NCBI RefSeq assembly: GCF_009914755.1
Contig: NC_060942.1
Direction: 5' to 3' (one strand)
Length of the DNA stretch: 64,000 nucleotides
Source of the DNA: the human T2T-CHM13v2.0 reference genome, Homo sapiens
The translations under genes and the position numbers were made by a program. Shown here one piece after another: positions 28,165 through 46,170 of this stretch (positions are counted from its first letter, which is position 1; the number at the start of each line of letters is the position of its first letter). The notes beneath the pieces are model-generated. The model did no database searches, was not told the origin of the DNA, and was given only the letters and a program-made list of their open reading frames with translations.

Positions 28165-28435
28165 ACATCGTTTTGAATTCTAGTTCCTTGGGTTCCTAAA
28201 TGTGTGGCATTGAACACATTACTTAAAAAAAGAATTTGTGTTTCCTCAGCTTTATGTAGTAAAGATAATAATATTTAACTCAAAGAATTGAGTGTTTTTA
28301 TATATATATACTATATATATAGTTTTATTGAGTGTTTTATATATATAAATTGCATATTTTATATATATAGTTTAGAACAGTATCTGTCAAAAATTAAATG
28401 TTCAATAAATATGAGCTATTGTTATAAAATATAAT
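28165..28435 (+). mobile_element. MIR with internal (TA)n and local duplication
   Basis: TTTGAATTCTAGTTC...TGTGTGGCATTGAACACATTACTTAA...GTTTCCTCA...TTAGAACAGTATCTG...TCAATAAATATGAGCTATT. Confidence 0.7.
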
Positions 28436-31400
28436 AAGCATGGTATGATTATTATAATTACAAATCTCCAAATTTCTAAAATAATTTAACGCGTAACAAA
28501 TTGAACTCATAGACTACAATTTTAATTTCATTGTTATTCATTGCACATGTGTGTTTTCTACACATCTGCTTAAATTTTTTATTATTTCTCAACTAGCAGA
28601 TATTTTCACTTGCCTTAAAATAATAATATATTACCCCATTAGCTGTGATCTAAGCATCATAGCCTTTCAACTTATTGGTGAATAACTAGAGAAGTAGAAA
28701 GATTAACCAACTAGGCCAAATCACTACACGAGTTTTCCTCCTTATTCCTTGGAGATTGATATTCAGGGATGAAAGACTCTATTCTCTGATCACAATTCCA
28801 GAATTCCTTACACAAATCCACCCAGCTGTCACCCAAGAGCTCCCCAGACTTATGTCCTCTTAACTAATTTTCTGAAAATGAAGTCCTAAGGTAGCCTAAG
28901 CTAGTCTAAGTTCCCTCTCATAAGTATTCATTACTGTTTTCATAGGTTGAAAGAGGGAAAATTTGTGGAAACATGAGAAGCAAAGAAGATCAAAGAAGAG
29001 CAGGAAGAGGCAGAGAGCAAAAAAGGTTTTTTTAAAGGTATACTGTGGACTTCCTTCTATTAAAAGATTCTTGTCACAGCCCTCCAAAAGTAGCTGCAGG
29101 GAAATATGAGAGGCTTATAGATGAGTTCGCTCTGAGCCCTATGTCTGGCACATTCTTTACTGAGAGGTTTGGATAAACTATTTGCCAAAACAGTGTTTAG
29201 CTATTTGCCAAGCTTAATAAATTTAGCAGCAATGTTTACTGGAACAGGGCATGACCCATGCAAAATACATCTGGTGAAAATCTAGTAACTGTGATTTGAG
29301 CGGTTCCATAAGTCTCTAGAAGCATATCCTCAAGGGTCAGCTTTCATCATATTTGTTTGGGGAAAATTCTTTCTTTGTAGTTCACTCTCTAAAACAATAA
29401 TAATTCTCATAATAATCATGATTATTATAGTAACAGTATTAATAATAACAATTATAATAAATATAAGGAAATGAGGAAATAAATAAGGAAAAACAGCTTA
29501 AAATAGTGTATACTTAAATCTTTGTACAAGATAGTTTACTTAACATTGGAATGAGAAGTCACTATTTAGAAAAGTAAAAATCTAAGCAAGGACACAAAAT
29601 AGTAGAGAAAAACAAAACTAATAGCATGAAATAAAACAAAAACAGAAAATATATTTTATTTATTTTTCAATAAATTTCCCAAGATTGATTTTCTTATCAT
29701 TAGCATCTGAAGGAAACTCAGAAAGATGAGATTTAACAAATAAGAAAAATTCTTCCTAATAATTGAGAATTGTGTGTATATGTATAGAAATCATTATTTA
29801 ACCTTGCATATGTCAGGACAGTCATAAGCTTTCCAAGTCTGATTACTACTTACTAATGGGTAATGACCTGGCTCTGATTATTCACTAGAAAGCCTCCTGT
29901 TACATCTTCAGATAACTCTGATCTCTAGGAATGTACTACTGTATGAAGGACAAGAATTATGAGGTGAGAATGTTACCGTGTGTACAAGTTGGAGTTTTCT
30001 GAATGTTCGGTAGAGGTTCACATGACGTTAGAAAATAGGAGGACATTTTTGGAAGATGTGCAAACTTCTGGCAAGGGAGACAAGTTGCAGACTGGGATCA
30101 GGCAGACAAATAGATTTCAATGTGAATCTTTAACTTAATAGAGACTTTTCCGTATTTTAAGTAGAGAAATAAATGTATATTCACACATGTGGTTGTATGT
30201 CATGATTGGATGATGATTAAAGAGACATTTTCATATACAGGGCATGTGACTTTTGCATAATAGGATCTCTGCTGTGTCTATGGAGAGGGAGCTGGAGATT
30301 GTATTCAGGAATTCCTGATAGATACTAATTGCCAAATGAACAATGTTCCAATGCCAGGAATCAGTTTCTAAGCATATGACTTGGGAAGGCTATAAAAACA
30401 AACCGTTGAAAACATCACATGGTAAATGAACATTTGGAAGAAATTCTTATGCATGTGTAACGTGACACTATATAGTAACTCAGAATACTATACAGGATAC
30501 TGTATAGTATGTCAAATCCAAAGGAATAAAGAGCACAAGTAAAGATAGTTACCTAAGTACATATTGTAACTAGTTTTGCATATCTATGACTTTTCCTGTT
30601 TGATTTAAGGAACAATTTAAACAATGTAAAATATATCATATAAACAATAACTAAAAAATAACTAGAGAGGCTATATTAATAGCAGACAAAATATGTGTTA
30701 AGACAGATGTTGTTACTAATGACAAAATAGGACATTTTAAAATTATAAAGTGACCTGTACATCTAGAAAGGCATAATAGTTATAAACATATAGGCACCTA
30801 ACAATAAGCAGCAAAATACATGAATCCAAAAAAAACTGAAGAATTGAAGGGAGAAATAGGACAATTCACCAATAAGAGTTGGAAATACTAATAAATACTT
30901 TTAACATGGAGAGAACAGCTAAATATGATTTAAACAACATTATTAACCAGCTAGGACTAACAGACATCTTTTTATGGAACATCTTACTCAAGAATACCTA
31001 AATATGCATTCTTATCAAGTACACATGAAGCATTCTTTAGCATAAGCCATATATTAGTTATTAAAATAAGCTCAACTGAATTTAAAAGGATTGAAATTTT
31101 AGAAAGAATGTTTTCTGATATCAATAGTCAATAGAATAAAATTAAGAGTCAATAACAGAACTTGGGAAATTCACAAATATGTATAAATTAAACAACATTC
31201 ACATAAATAGAAAAGAAGCCATAAGAAAAATTAAAAAAAAATTTGAGATGAATAAAAATGAAAACATAAGAAACTAACCTTTATGGGATGCAGCTAAAGC
31301 AGTTTGGAGAGGAAAATTATCATTGTAAAGAGTACTGGAAAAGAAAGAGGAAATCTCAAATCAATAACCTTGTCATTCATCTTAAGAAACTAGAAAAGAG

Positions 31401-31784
31401 AGCAAACTAAATTCAAAACAAGCCTAAGAAAAGCTACAACTAAAATTAGAGCAAAAATAAATAAAATAGAAAATAGAGAAAAACTGACAAGACTAAAAGT
31501 TGGTTCTATGAAAAAGAACAACCAAATTGGCAAACCTTTAGCTAGACTAACCAGAAAAAAAGACAAAACACTGAAACTATAAAAATCAGGAATGAATAAG
31601 GAAAAATCACTTTCAACCTTACAGAAATAAAGATTATAAGAGAATACTATGAAGAATTGTCTGCCAAAACATTACTTATTCTAGATGAAATGGACTTAAA
31701 AAAAATGCAAACTAATGAAACTTAAGAAAAAATAATCAACCTTGATATACTTATGACAAGTAAAGAAACTGAATTAGTAATTAA

Positions 31785-32138
<354 letters not shown>

Positions 32139-32322
32139 ACCACTGAATTTTATCAAATATTTCAAGATGATTTAACATCAATCTAGCAAATTCTTATAAA
32201 AAATAGAAAAAGGGGAAACACTTTCCAATTTATCCTGAGTTCAGTATTACCGTGTTGTAAAGGAAACAAACAGACAAACACGTGAGAAAATAAAACTACA
32301 GAATCATATTCCTTATAAATAT

Positions 32323-35010
<2,688 letters not shown>

Positions 35011-36443
35011 AATATAGATACAAAAATACTCAAGAAACTATTAGCAAACCGAATCCAACAACATATAAAAAATTACACACTACAACCAAGTGAAATTTAT
35101 CCCCATAGTAAAAGGTTTGTTTAATGTCTGAAACATCAGTTTATATAATAAACTATAATAGAGTAAAGGATTAAAACCACATGATCTTCTCAATCCACAC
35201 TGACATTGCATTTAACAAAATTTAATACGTTTTCATTATTGAAACACTGACTACAATGAGATACAAGGGAATTTTCTCAATCTGATATAAAACATCTTTG
35301 AAAATCTCATAGTAAAATAATAATATTTTAGAAAAAGAGCTGATTTTTTTCCAGTAATTAGGAATCAGATAAGGATGTATATTTTTGCCATTTCTATTCA
35401 ATATTATACTAGAGGTTCAGGCCAGGGCAATTGGACAATTTAATAAAAAGCATCCAGATTGTAAAGAAATAAGACTATCTCTATTCAAAGATAACATGAT
35501 CTTATATACAAACTTAAGAAGTACAGAAAAAAATTTTGAATCAATAAATGTGTTCAGCATGTATACAAAATACAAGATCAATAGATGAAAATTAATTATA
35601 TTTCTATGCACTAATGAACAACATGAAAAATAGATTAAGAACACAATTTTACTTATAGTAAAATATTTGCAAATACATTTCTTAAAATAAATGCAAAACT
35701 TGTACACTAAAAACTACACATTATTGAAAGAAATTAATGGTGACAGTAAAAATGTAAAGGCATTTCATGTTCATGGATTGGAAGACTTAATATTGTTAAG
35801 ATGGCAACATTCCCCAAATTGATCTACAATGCAATCCCTATCAAACTCTCACCTCCTTTTTTTAGCAGCACTTGACAAAGTGATTCTAAAATTCACATGG
35901 AAGTGCAGGGGACCCAGAACAGCCAATCAATGTTGATTAAAAACAATATTTGGAGGATTTACACTTTCCGATTTCAAAACAGCACAATGCTAAACAAATG
36001 GAGAAAATTTGCTACTGGTGTGAGGATAGACATGTAGATCAATGGAACAGATTGTGAATTCAGTAATGAACTCTTACATTTGTGATCAATTGATTTTTGA
36101 CCAGTGTACCTCAGCATTTTGTTGGAGGAAAATAGTCTTTCAACAAATGGTGCTGGCATGACTGATATTAGCATGCAAAGGAATAATCCTCTAACTCATA
36201 TCAAACAAAGAACGATTAACTCAAAGTGGATCATAGACATGAAACTGTGAAGCACTAAAACATACTCTTAGAAGAAAACATACAAGTAAATCTTTATAAC
36301 CTTAGATTAAACACTGATTTCTTAGATATGACACCAAAAGCATAAATGGCCATACTGGAAAAATAACAGACAAGTTGGACTTCAACAAAATTAGATTTTA
36401 AAGTTGTTTATGTTTCAATACCATTAAAGAAGTGAAAAGTTGG

Positions 36444-36799
<356 letters not shown>

Positions 36800-37038
36800 T
36801 TAGAAATCAATAGTAAAACCCAAAACCTAGCTAAAACCCAAATGACAGAATTGCCAAATGATTTGAATATACTTCTCCAAATAAATATTCAATAAGCACA
36901 TGAAAATATAATCAACTTCTTTAATTATTACAATGTCCAATAAGCACATAAAACTATAATCAACATTCTTAATTATTATTTTGAAATGCAAGTCAAAACC
37001 AAAATAAGATGCCACTTCACATTCACTTGTATGTCTAT

Positions 37039-37454
37039 TGTTAGGAGCTCAGCTGAGCCTGGAGAACAGAAGCTGAGCTGCCAGGTGTCTAAGTAACTAA
37101 TTAAAACAAGCCAAAAATGGAAGAGTTAAACTGTTAATCAGTTATGGATATAGTAAAAATGGAGCAAATGCCAACTCCCCTGGCCCTTTATCCCATTAAG
37201 GAATGGTGCACAAAATAAGGGTCAGGTAGACCAGCATAGATTTGGGAGTCATCTCTCTGTTAAGGGAGCCAGGAATTTTATAGAATCTGAAGCAAGGGGA
37301 GGGAAACAGGAAGTTTCCCTGAGTGCAAATCCCTTCAGAGATGCAATGAACTTGTGCCCCATGTCTGGTGTGGGGAGGGAAGTTTTGTCTCATGAGACCT
37401 GAGAGGGAAGACTTTGTAATTCCCGTTGTCAGGCCTGAAAGAAGCACCCATAGC

Positions 37455-37455
<1 letters not shown>
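37039..37455. mobile_element. Unassigned LTR-like insert within the L1
   Basis: Begins with TG exactly where L1 homology stops, is GC-richer than the flanks, and is neither L1 nor Alu. Family not recognised. Confidence 0.5.
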
Positions 37456-37487
<32 letters not shown>

Positions 37488-37538
37488 TGAGACAGAGTCT
37501 TGCTCTGTCGCCCAGGCCGAAGTGCAGTGATGCGATCT
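37456..37538 (-). mobile_element. Alu 3' fragment with (CAA)n tail
   Basis: (TTG)n then TTTTGAGACAGAGTCTTGCTCTGTCGCCCAGGCCGAAGTGCAGTGATGCGATCTC, ending abruptly. Confidence 0.9.
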
Positions 37539-39279
37539 CTTTAGAACATAGTTTGGCATTCCCTCAAAATATTAAACATGGAGTTACCATATGACTCAAA
37601 GGAGAAATTAAAACATGTATCACCATAAACTTTTACACAAATGTTCATAGCAGCGTCATTAACAATAGCCAAAAATTAGAAACAACCCAAATGTATATCA
37701 ACTGGTGAATGTGTATCCATGAAATGAGACATTATTTGGGCGTATAAAGGAATAAAGTCCTAATACATGCCACATCATGGATGAACCCTACCTTGTGCTT
37801 AGTGAAAGAAGCTAGAGGAAAAATCCCACATATTGTATGATGCCAGATGTATAAAAAGTTCAGAATATGCAAATATATTGAGACACAAAGTAGATTATTG
37901 GTTTTAAGGGGCTAAAGGGAGGAGCAAGAAAGGGTAGCTTCTGAAGGGTACAGGACCTATTTTTGGTGTGTTGAAATTGTGCTAAAATTAGATAGTGTTA
38001 GTGATTGTAGACCTCTGTAAATATACTAAAACCCACTAAAATGAGCACTTTAAAAGGATGAATTTCATGAAATACTAATAATATCTCAATAAAGTTGCTA
38101 TAAATAAATATTATACAATTGATAAGTAAAATAAGGGTAAGTTAGAATAGGATACATATAAATAACATTTTACTTCAATTTAATTTAATACATGCTTTTA
38201 AATACCATCTATATGTCAGGAAGTTGCTGGCAACCAGTGGGTGCAAGGATGAATTTGAAATTCTTGTCTTTGATGAGCTTATGATCAGGCAGAAAATAAA
38301 AACAAATGCAACTATTACTATTTGTTAATTATTGTTATAGAATATGGACTAAGGTGAGAAGTACTTAGAATCATTTGAAATGAGGGACAAATCAGAGACA
38401 AGCACAGAGGGAAGATGACTTTTTAAATTGGTACCTAAAAGTTAGTTGGAGTTTTTCAGGATAAAAACACAAGAGTGACATGGGAGAGCACTCTTAGTGA
38501 AGGATATGGGGAATATATACAGAACAATGCAAAACTGGCTATGATTAAAGTCTACATGCTAAGATGCTATTGACTCCAAGTGCTGTAAAAGATCAGAGAA
38601 AATGTTATGAGGAAGGACTGAGTAGCCCCTTGGAGAAGGCAGCATTTTATGGAAACTTAGATGTTGAATCATCACATGTATGCTTTCTGTTTGCTCAGAA
38701 TAAGAAAGTTTTTCATTTTTATTGTAGAGTTTAGGGAATTCTCTGACTCTAAAGATGCATAAAAGTCATTCATATAGACAAGAAGAAGATTTTTTTTCCC
38801 CAATTGTTTGTAAAACATTATGCTGGATAGCATCTGGACATTGATGTGGAGAGAGGGCCTTCTGCCTTAGTGATCAGCCCTCAATCTAGGGGGTAGCTCT
38901 GTCCAAGCACATATCTTAGACTTGTGACTACCACTCACCCTGTGGACAGCTTGTTCCTGAACCACACTTTAAATGAAAAAGAAATACTGATATTATTAAG
39001 GGTCCAAGTCAAATTCATGCTGAATAGAAGCTTTATTCTTGATACAGTCAAAAGAATTAGAAAACTCTTTAAGAGACAGTGAAAAAAAATAGATCAATGA
39101 GCACAACAAAAAAATAAAATAAAATAAGTGCTGTCAGTACAAATAGAAGAGAAACATGATTTAGTTTGAAGGAACAAGAGAAAGATATTTGGTATTAAAT
39201 GCAAGGTTGGTCTTGGAGTAAGCAATAAGTGGTAAAGATTGGCAGGTGCAAAATCTCAGAGACTCCAGGGAATAGGCTG

Positions 39280-39930
39280 GAACATAGAGCTTGGGGTCAA
39301 GGTGGGGGAGTGTCAGGTAAGCCTTGTAAATATCAATTATTAGCTTTAACTTTGCTTTCTAAGAAAAGTATCTGAAAGAATTGATTGTTGAATTTGCCTT
39401 TTAGGATTGGCACTGTGGCTATAGAATGGGAAATTGATCTGAAAAATGCAAAACTGTAAGCAGGGAGAGTAAGTATGAGGTGGTTGAAAGAATCCAGGGA
39501 CATGGTGATTGTTTGCATGCAGTTATGAAGGAGTGGCATTGACAAGGAGGATAGAGTTTCAGACTTAGGCAACTGGCAGAAAGACCCCATTCACTGAAAT
39601 AAGAAAGGTGGAGGACATGCAGCCTGGAAGAGAAAATGAACCTGAAATTTGGCCATCTATTAGACAACTAGGAGAAGTTTCCCAGTAGAAGTTTAGCGAT
39701 GTGGGCCTTAATCTGTGAGCAAGAGAATCAGAGGAGGAAATAAAAGTCATGAAAATGAATGATAAAAACACTAGAGAGGAGAAGCTGGACTCAGGAGAGT
39801 ATATTAGCAGAAAGCATAAAAAGGAGGATAAGACAAAAAAAAAAAACATCGATTGTCGTGTAACAGGAGAATAAAAAGAAGGAGAATAAAAAACCAGAGG
39901 CAACAAGAGCATCTCATGTTATTAAAGCGT
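39280..39930 (-). mobile_element. L2 fragment
   Basis: CCATTCACTGAAATAAGAAAGGTGGAGG...TTTGGCCATCTATTAGACAACTAGGAGAAG; purine-rich L2 antisense pattern. Confidence 0.6.
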
Positions 39931-40999
39931 CAGTGGGATGTTTCTTCAGATTAGATTTGTATTATGGTTTTATTTGACATTAATATTGTAATCGATCAGA
40001 TTCTTGACAATGTCTCTTTTTCTGATTACTTGCGAAATCAGCTTTTATTATCTGATAAAGGCAGTGCAATCTACTCTGAAGCTACTCTTTGTTAAGCATG
40101 TTGTGGTGAGATATCTTGAGAATGTGTAAACATACCACTTTCAGTATACTGTTACTTGGGTAATGCTAGTATGTACCTATGTCTCTTTTCTATAATGATA
40201 TGAAATAATTTTGCCACTATGATAGTTGAAAAATGATGATCTTCCAATCTAACAGTTCTTCTATCTACATTTCTTAGCTGTTATTTTCTTATAAGGAAGA
40301 GACTACCTTCCTTCCTTCCTTCTTTCCTTCTTCCTTCTTTCATTTCTCTCTTTATCAGTGGGGTCTTGTGATTTCTATTTTATCCAGTGAGTTAGGAGAT
40401 AATTTTTTAAAATTCTCCCAATAGTTGCTTCAAATTTTTTCCATACGAAGCTCCTTCAGAGTAGTTGCATCTTTATTTCTTCTCATAATATTCCCCTATT
40501 CTTTGTGCTTTTTAATTTTTATTTTTTTTACTTTTGGGCTCAGAAAATCAATAATGAATGCATTTTCCTCTTCCATTTTTGCTTTCTTTTAGTGAAAATG
40601 TATATAAAAACCAAAAAAAATCTGCACTGAAAGTCACTGTTCCCAGTCTTCTCAGGGAGGAGAATTAGAAAATATGTGTAAACACAATCACACAGACACA
40701 CACACACACACACACAGATGCATGTACATCTATATTTCTTCATCTGTCCACATCTATTTACATAGATAAGCGTATATGTTAAAATATATGTCTTTATACC
40801 AATACCTTCAATATTCTAGGTTCATTCTAAGTGCCCCTTTTTCCATATATGTAGCCCTCCATTTCAACACTGAGAAACTTGGTTCCAATTATCCACAACC
40901 TCCCAACCCTCATTGGCATCAGCCTCAATTACACCAAGCTACCACTCCATCTTGCTGAGTCCTACCTTCCCCCATGTGAGCCCCATTGCTGCCAGTGTG

Positions 41000-41075
41000 A
41001 CAGGCAGGCAGGAAGAAAGGAAGGAAGGAGGAAGGGATGGAGGGAGGAATGGAAGGATGAAGGGAGAGAGGTAGG
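41000..41075. repeat. (GGAA)n-like low-complexity tract
   Basis: Direct reading. Confidence 0.85.
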
Positions 41076-41209
41076 TGTCTCTATATGTTTATGACATTTT
41101 TCTGTGTCTACCCCTCCTTATCTTCTCCATTGCAAGCTTTTTGAGGGCAGCGAAATCTTACACTTCAGCGTCTATCCCCACAATGTCTACCACAGTGCTC
41201 ACCCAAGAT

Positions 41210-41541
41210 TTGGGAATGGCAACCTAAGGGCTGAATCTCATCAGCACAAATGTTTTAATTAGCCTATTGTATATTTTAAAAACGAGTTTGTCTTCAAATT
41301 TTATTTTAATGAAAGTTTTAGATATGGGCCTCAGTTTCTGATTTCTTTCAAAAACCAGAAGTTATGGCATCACTGGAACTGTATTCTTGCATGAGGAAAA
41401 AAAATAACAAAAACAAAAAACCATTTGAGTGGCTGCTGTTGATGTAGATGGGATACTTACTAATAGTTCAGCACAGATCTCCTGGCATACTTTGGTTCAT
41501 TTACTTTACTTGCCTGATACTTGAAGTTTGAATTTAGACCC
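41210..41541 (+). mobile_element. MER102-like hAT DNA transposon
   Basis: AAAAACCAGAAGTTATGGCATCACTGG...GAGTGGCTGC...TCATTTACTTTACTTGCCTG...TTTGAATTTAGACCC. Confidence 0.7.
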
Positions 41542-44451
41542 TCACACATAGGAAGCTCTGCTAGTTGAGTGATTACTCAAGGTCAAGTTTAGAAACCCAA
41601 GTCAACTGTATCAGCCTTCTCTAATGAAGCTCTGACAGTTTTTCTTTGCTTTTTATTCCTTTTCATCTCCCACCTTAGGCTAAATTCAGAAACTTGGTCA
41701 CTGCCATCTATGAATCATAGTAATTTAACCAGTGAATAGTACAGGCAGTCCCCTAGAAGAGGAGGAGAGTGTGCCAGAACCATTAGTTTCAGGGGAATAA
41801 ATATTGCTCATTCACAATTTTGTGTGTGTGGTCTATGAGCTGTAAAGACCACTTAAGGTCATTGCTTCATACAGTATTAGGTAAACATTTAAGAGGTAAA
41901 TACTTTTATCCATCTTTGCTTCCAGCAAATAAGCAGACCATGAAAACTCCAGAGGGCTGGTTTGATATGTATTTTCACTCTTATTATTTTCCCTGAGCTG
42001 AGTACTCAGTAATGCTCTGTGTAGATGCAGGTAACTGGACCATATTCAGTGTGAGGGAAGAGAAGCAGATGCATCTATGAATCCATTTTTCATATGAGAG
42101 GTAGAAAAATAGGAGGAAGAGAGAAAGAGCAAATCTCATTCTCTGTTCATAAGAAAGCCTTGTATTTCAGGGATGATAAATATGTCTGCTAATTTATGAA
42201 CTTATATGCAAGTTAGAGTAAGAAGTGAAAAAATAAAAGTAGAGTTACTGTATTAATATAAGATAGTTGACATTGTTCAATGGTTGTATACCATATCCAA
42301 TGCTCATAGTTATTTCCCTTCTAATTGTAGACAAATGTTATATCTGTCCATATGTTAGTTTTTGGTATATTGGCTGATGGTATGTCAATTTGACATATGT
42401 CAGTTGATGCTAACTCTAACTTGAAAAATAAAAATGACACTTTATTGATGGTGAGCCTGAACATATTTTTATGATTATGTTTATTTCTCCTGTGAATTAT
42501 TTGTTCATGTTGCTAAGGTGCTAATGAGTTGTCTGGAGCCAATACATATTAAAAAGATCAAACCTTTGTCTTATTTTATGTAATTATTTTCCTGTTTATT
42601 TTTGATTTTATTACAATTCTGATATATACAATTTTTTTTAAGTAGCTAAAATTGTTAATTTTCTCCTTTTGATTTCTTTCTTTACTCTTATGGTTTGAGC
42701 ACTTCTCTTCTTCCTAGATGGTGAGCACTAAAATTATTTTTGCACCAAGTACCTAGTAGGCACTGGATATCATTATAGTCCTGGGTTATACAAGGGTGAC
42801 CAGGGCATCAGCTTTCTTTCGAGAGACTCCCAGTTAATTTAACAAAGATAGTCATATGACTAACTGACTTTATTTCCACCGTCTCTTTCTCTGTCTTCCT
42901 TGCCATCCAGGTACCAGAGAACGTAAATATCAGCAGGATTCATAAGATTGGTTTTAGATAATAATGGGAAAAAAACCCACACACAGTCCTTCCCATAATT
43001 CAAACTCAGATGCTGATTCCAAGTTGGCTTTAATGGAGAAACTTTTCTTACTAATTTAGTGAGGATTCTTAGTGTACATCTCAAAGGAGCAAAATCTTCA
43101 ACTCTGGTTTTTGCATCGACTGACACACAGATACACAGACATGCATTCTCACACCATGTCTTTAAACTGCCAAAGAAGTGTTGAAGGTGAAAAAGAAAAA
43201 AGCCAGGACACATCTCTGCCCGTTAACAAAATTAAAGGCTTTACTTTTCCTGGGAGAGTGTGATTTAAGGGCTAATCAGCACCATGGTCCTTGCACATTA
43301 TCTGGGAAAGTAGAAATTACTGGCTACTGAATCTGTGCTTGGAAGCTCCAGGGGGAATCTCTGCAGGCCCTCTGATAACTTTTTATGTGGTGCTTGAATA
43401 TTCCTCCCCATGTAATTGGGTTTGTTTGCTATATATAAAAACCTGCCGCTGGCTAATAGTCTGATTCTTTCCGTATGTGTTTGAGTAGGACAGTTTACTT
43501 GTGCAGATTAAGCTTCTTGTGTTCAGTTTCCCTCTACTCCACTGGCAAGGACTTGAACTGCTCTATTTGCTTTGCACAGTCCCATTAAATTATTCAATGG
43601 CATTCACATTCATATATCTCTAGAACATTGGCTCCAAATGAGTCATATTCAAAAGAAAGGCTTTATTTTTAGGCCATTGAAATCAGAAACAGTATCATAG
43701 GGAAAATGATTCTAAAAGTAGATTTTAGTTCATTCATGTGGGGCACGCAAACTCTTTTCCAAGTTCTGTATGTTGATTGCTCCTCAGTTGCAAGGCAACA
43801 CTTTGTGTGGAATGAAAAAGCCATTTCTCACTTTCATTGAGGCCAAAGTTGCAGGCAGAAAAAAAAAATCCATGAGAGGCAAAGATACCTGAATGCCCTA
43901 AGTGTTTCTTTTTTGGGGGAATATTTATATGAAATTGCCAATGTAGTCTGTCTCTCTTGATGCTGGTACAGAGAGTACAGAATGAGAACCTTATAATAAA
44001 CATTCCATTTGCTCATTAATGCTATACCTAACGTGTCCATCAGGTTTATTCACATGGGGAAGATAATATTATAAAAATCTTGTAGACATTGTAAACAAAG
44101 AACTTAAATAGAAAGGCAATCCAGTACAACATGTGCACACACACACACACACCATTTTGAACTGACTTGACTTTAGAAACCTGGAAATTTTTGGTGCTTG
44201 CTGGGGTGTTATGGAGCCATGTTTCTGATTTTTCATGTGTTGTCATCTTGTTTGAGAGGAATAAGCTTGTAAGAAGGTCTTTCACTCAGATGTCTCAGGA
44301 TTCCAGTCACCTTTTTATGTCAAAGTAATTAGGCCACTCTGTCATCTGTGGAAATCCTTCCCTGTGACTGTTTTGAGCTAAAGACATTCTCTGTTCTCAA
44401 AAATAAACAAAAACAAACAAACAAAAATAACAAAGTAAAAAACATACAACA

Positions 44452-44895
<444 letters not shown>

Positions 44896-45327
44896 TTATC
44901 ATCCATTGCCTTCCTCTTTTCCAATCAATGATCTGATTATTATTTATATTTTATAATCATATTACACAATATCAAGGAGTGGTGTGTCAGGATATCTCTG
45001 CTCTCTTAGACTCAGTGACAGTAAATCAATTGTTTTTGTCCTTTGACCTACTGAAATCATCTTCACCTGCCAGCTACAGCCATATTAGCTGTGTGAAGAG
45101 TGACTATCTGGGAGTAGGGAGGTTATAATATAATAAAAAATAAATCAGGATTTGGATTCAGAAATACTAAATTCTTGGTCAAAGACCAGCTATTTTCAAG
45201 TTATATGTCTTTGGTTAATTGTTTGATCTAGTTGAATCTCTATTTTTCTTTTCATAAAATAGTCTATCCCTATTTGAGGATGAATAAAATTACCCAAATA
45301 AAACCACCTTTTACGGTATTTTGTAAT

Positions 45328-46170
45328 TGTGATATTGTGACATATATATTTGGTCTTAGTCTCAGTTTTCTGACAGATAGCTCTTAAAACCCTTGGAATT
45401 TCCAAAGTGATAAGATTGTCTTTTGCATGGTAGTGAGATGACTGATGGCTGGTAGCCCTTAAATATCCTTAGAATGGGGGCTGGTTGCCAGGGAACTAGC
45501 TCTGGAGATTACAGGATTGGAATGTTCAGTCCCACACTCTCCATGAGGAGAGGGGGGCTGAAGGTTGAGTTGACAAACCAAAGGCCAACAATTCAATCAA
45601 TCATGAGTATCTAATGATCCTGCCATAAAAACACAAAAGAACTGAGTTCTGACAACCTCCATAGAGCTGAACACATAGAAGTTCCTAGAGGGTGACATGC
45701 CTGAAAGGAGCATAGAGGCTCTGTGCCCTGCTCCCATACCCTGCTGAATGTATCTTTGCTATCTGGCTGTTCATGTATCCTTTGTAATATCCTTTATAAT
45801 AAATGGGCAAATGTAAGGAAAGTGTTTCCCTGAGTTCTGTTAGCTGCCCTAGCAATTTAATTGAACCCAAGAATTGGGTAGGCATAGGAAGCTTGATGTA
45901 CATCTGACTGGTCAGAAGCACAGGCCATAACCTGTGCCAGAGACTGGCATAAGAAGGGTAGTCTTGCAGGACTGGACCTTTCAACCTGTGTGACTTGATG
46001 CTATCTCCAGGTAGATAGTGTCAGAAATTAATTGAATTAGAAGACACTCAGCTGACGTCCACAGGAGAATCATCTGAAGAATTGCTTTGTGTTTGGGAGA
46101 AAACTCCAGCATAGCTGAAGTCACAGAAGTGTTCTGTGTTATGAGAGTATAGTAGCATAAATTGAGTTAT
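45328..46170 (+). mobile_element. MER21-like LTR
   Basis: TGTGATATTGTGA...GCTCTTAAAACCCTTGGAATTTCC...GGGGGCTGGTTGCCAGGGAAC...GGGGCTGAAGGTTGAGTTG...AGTGTTTCCCTGAGTTCTGT. Confidence 0.85.
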
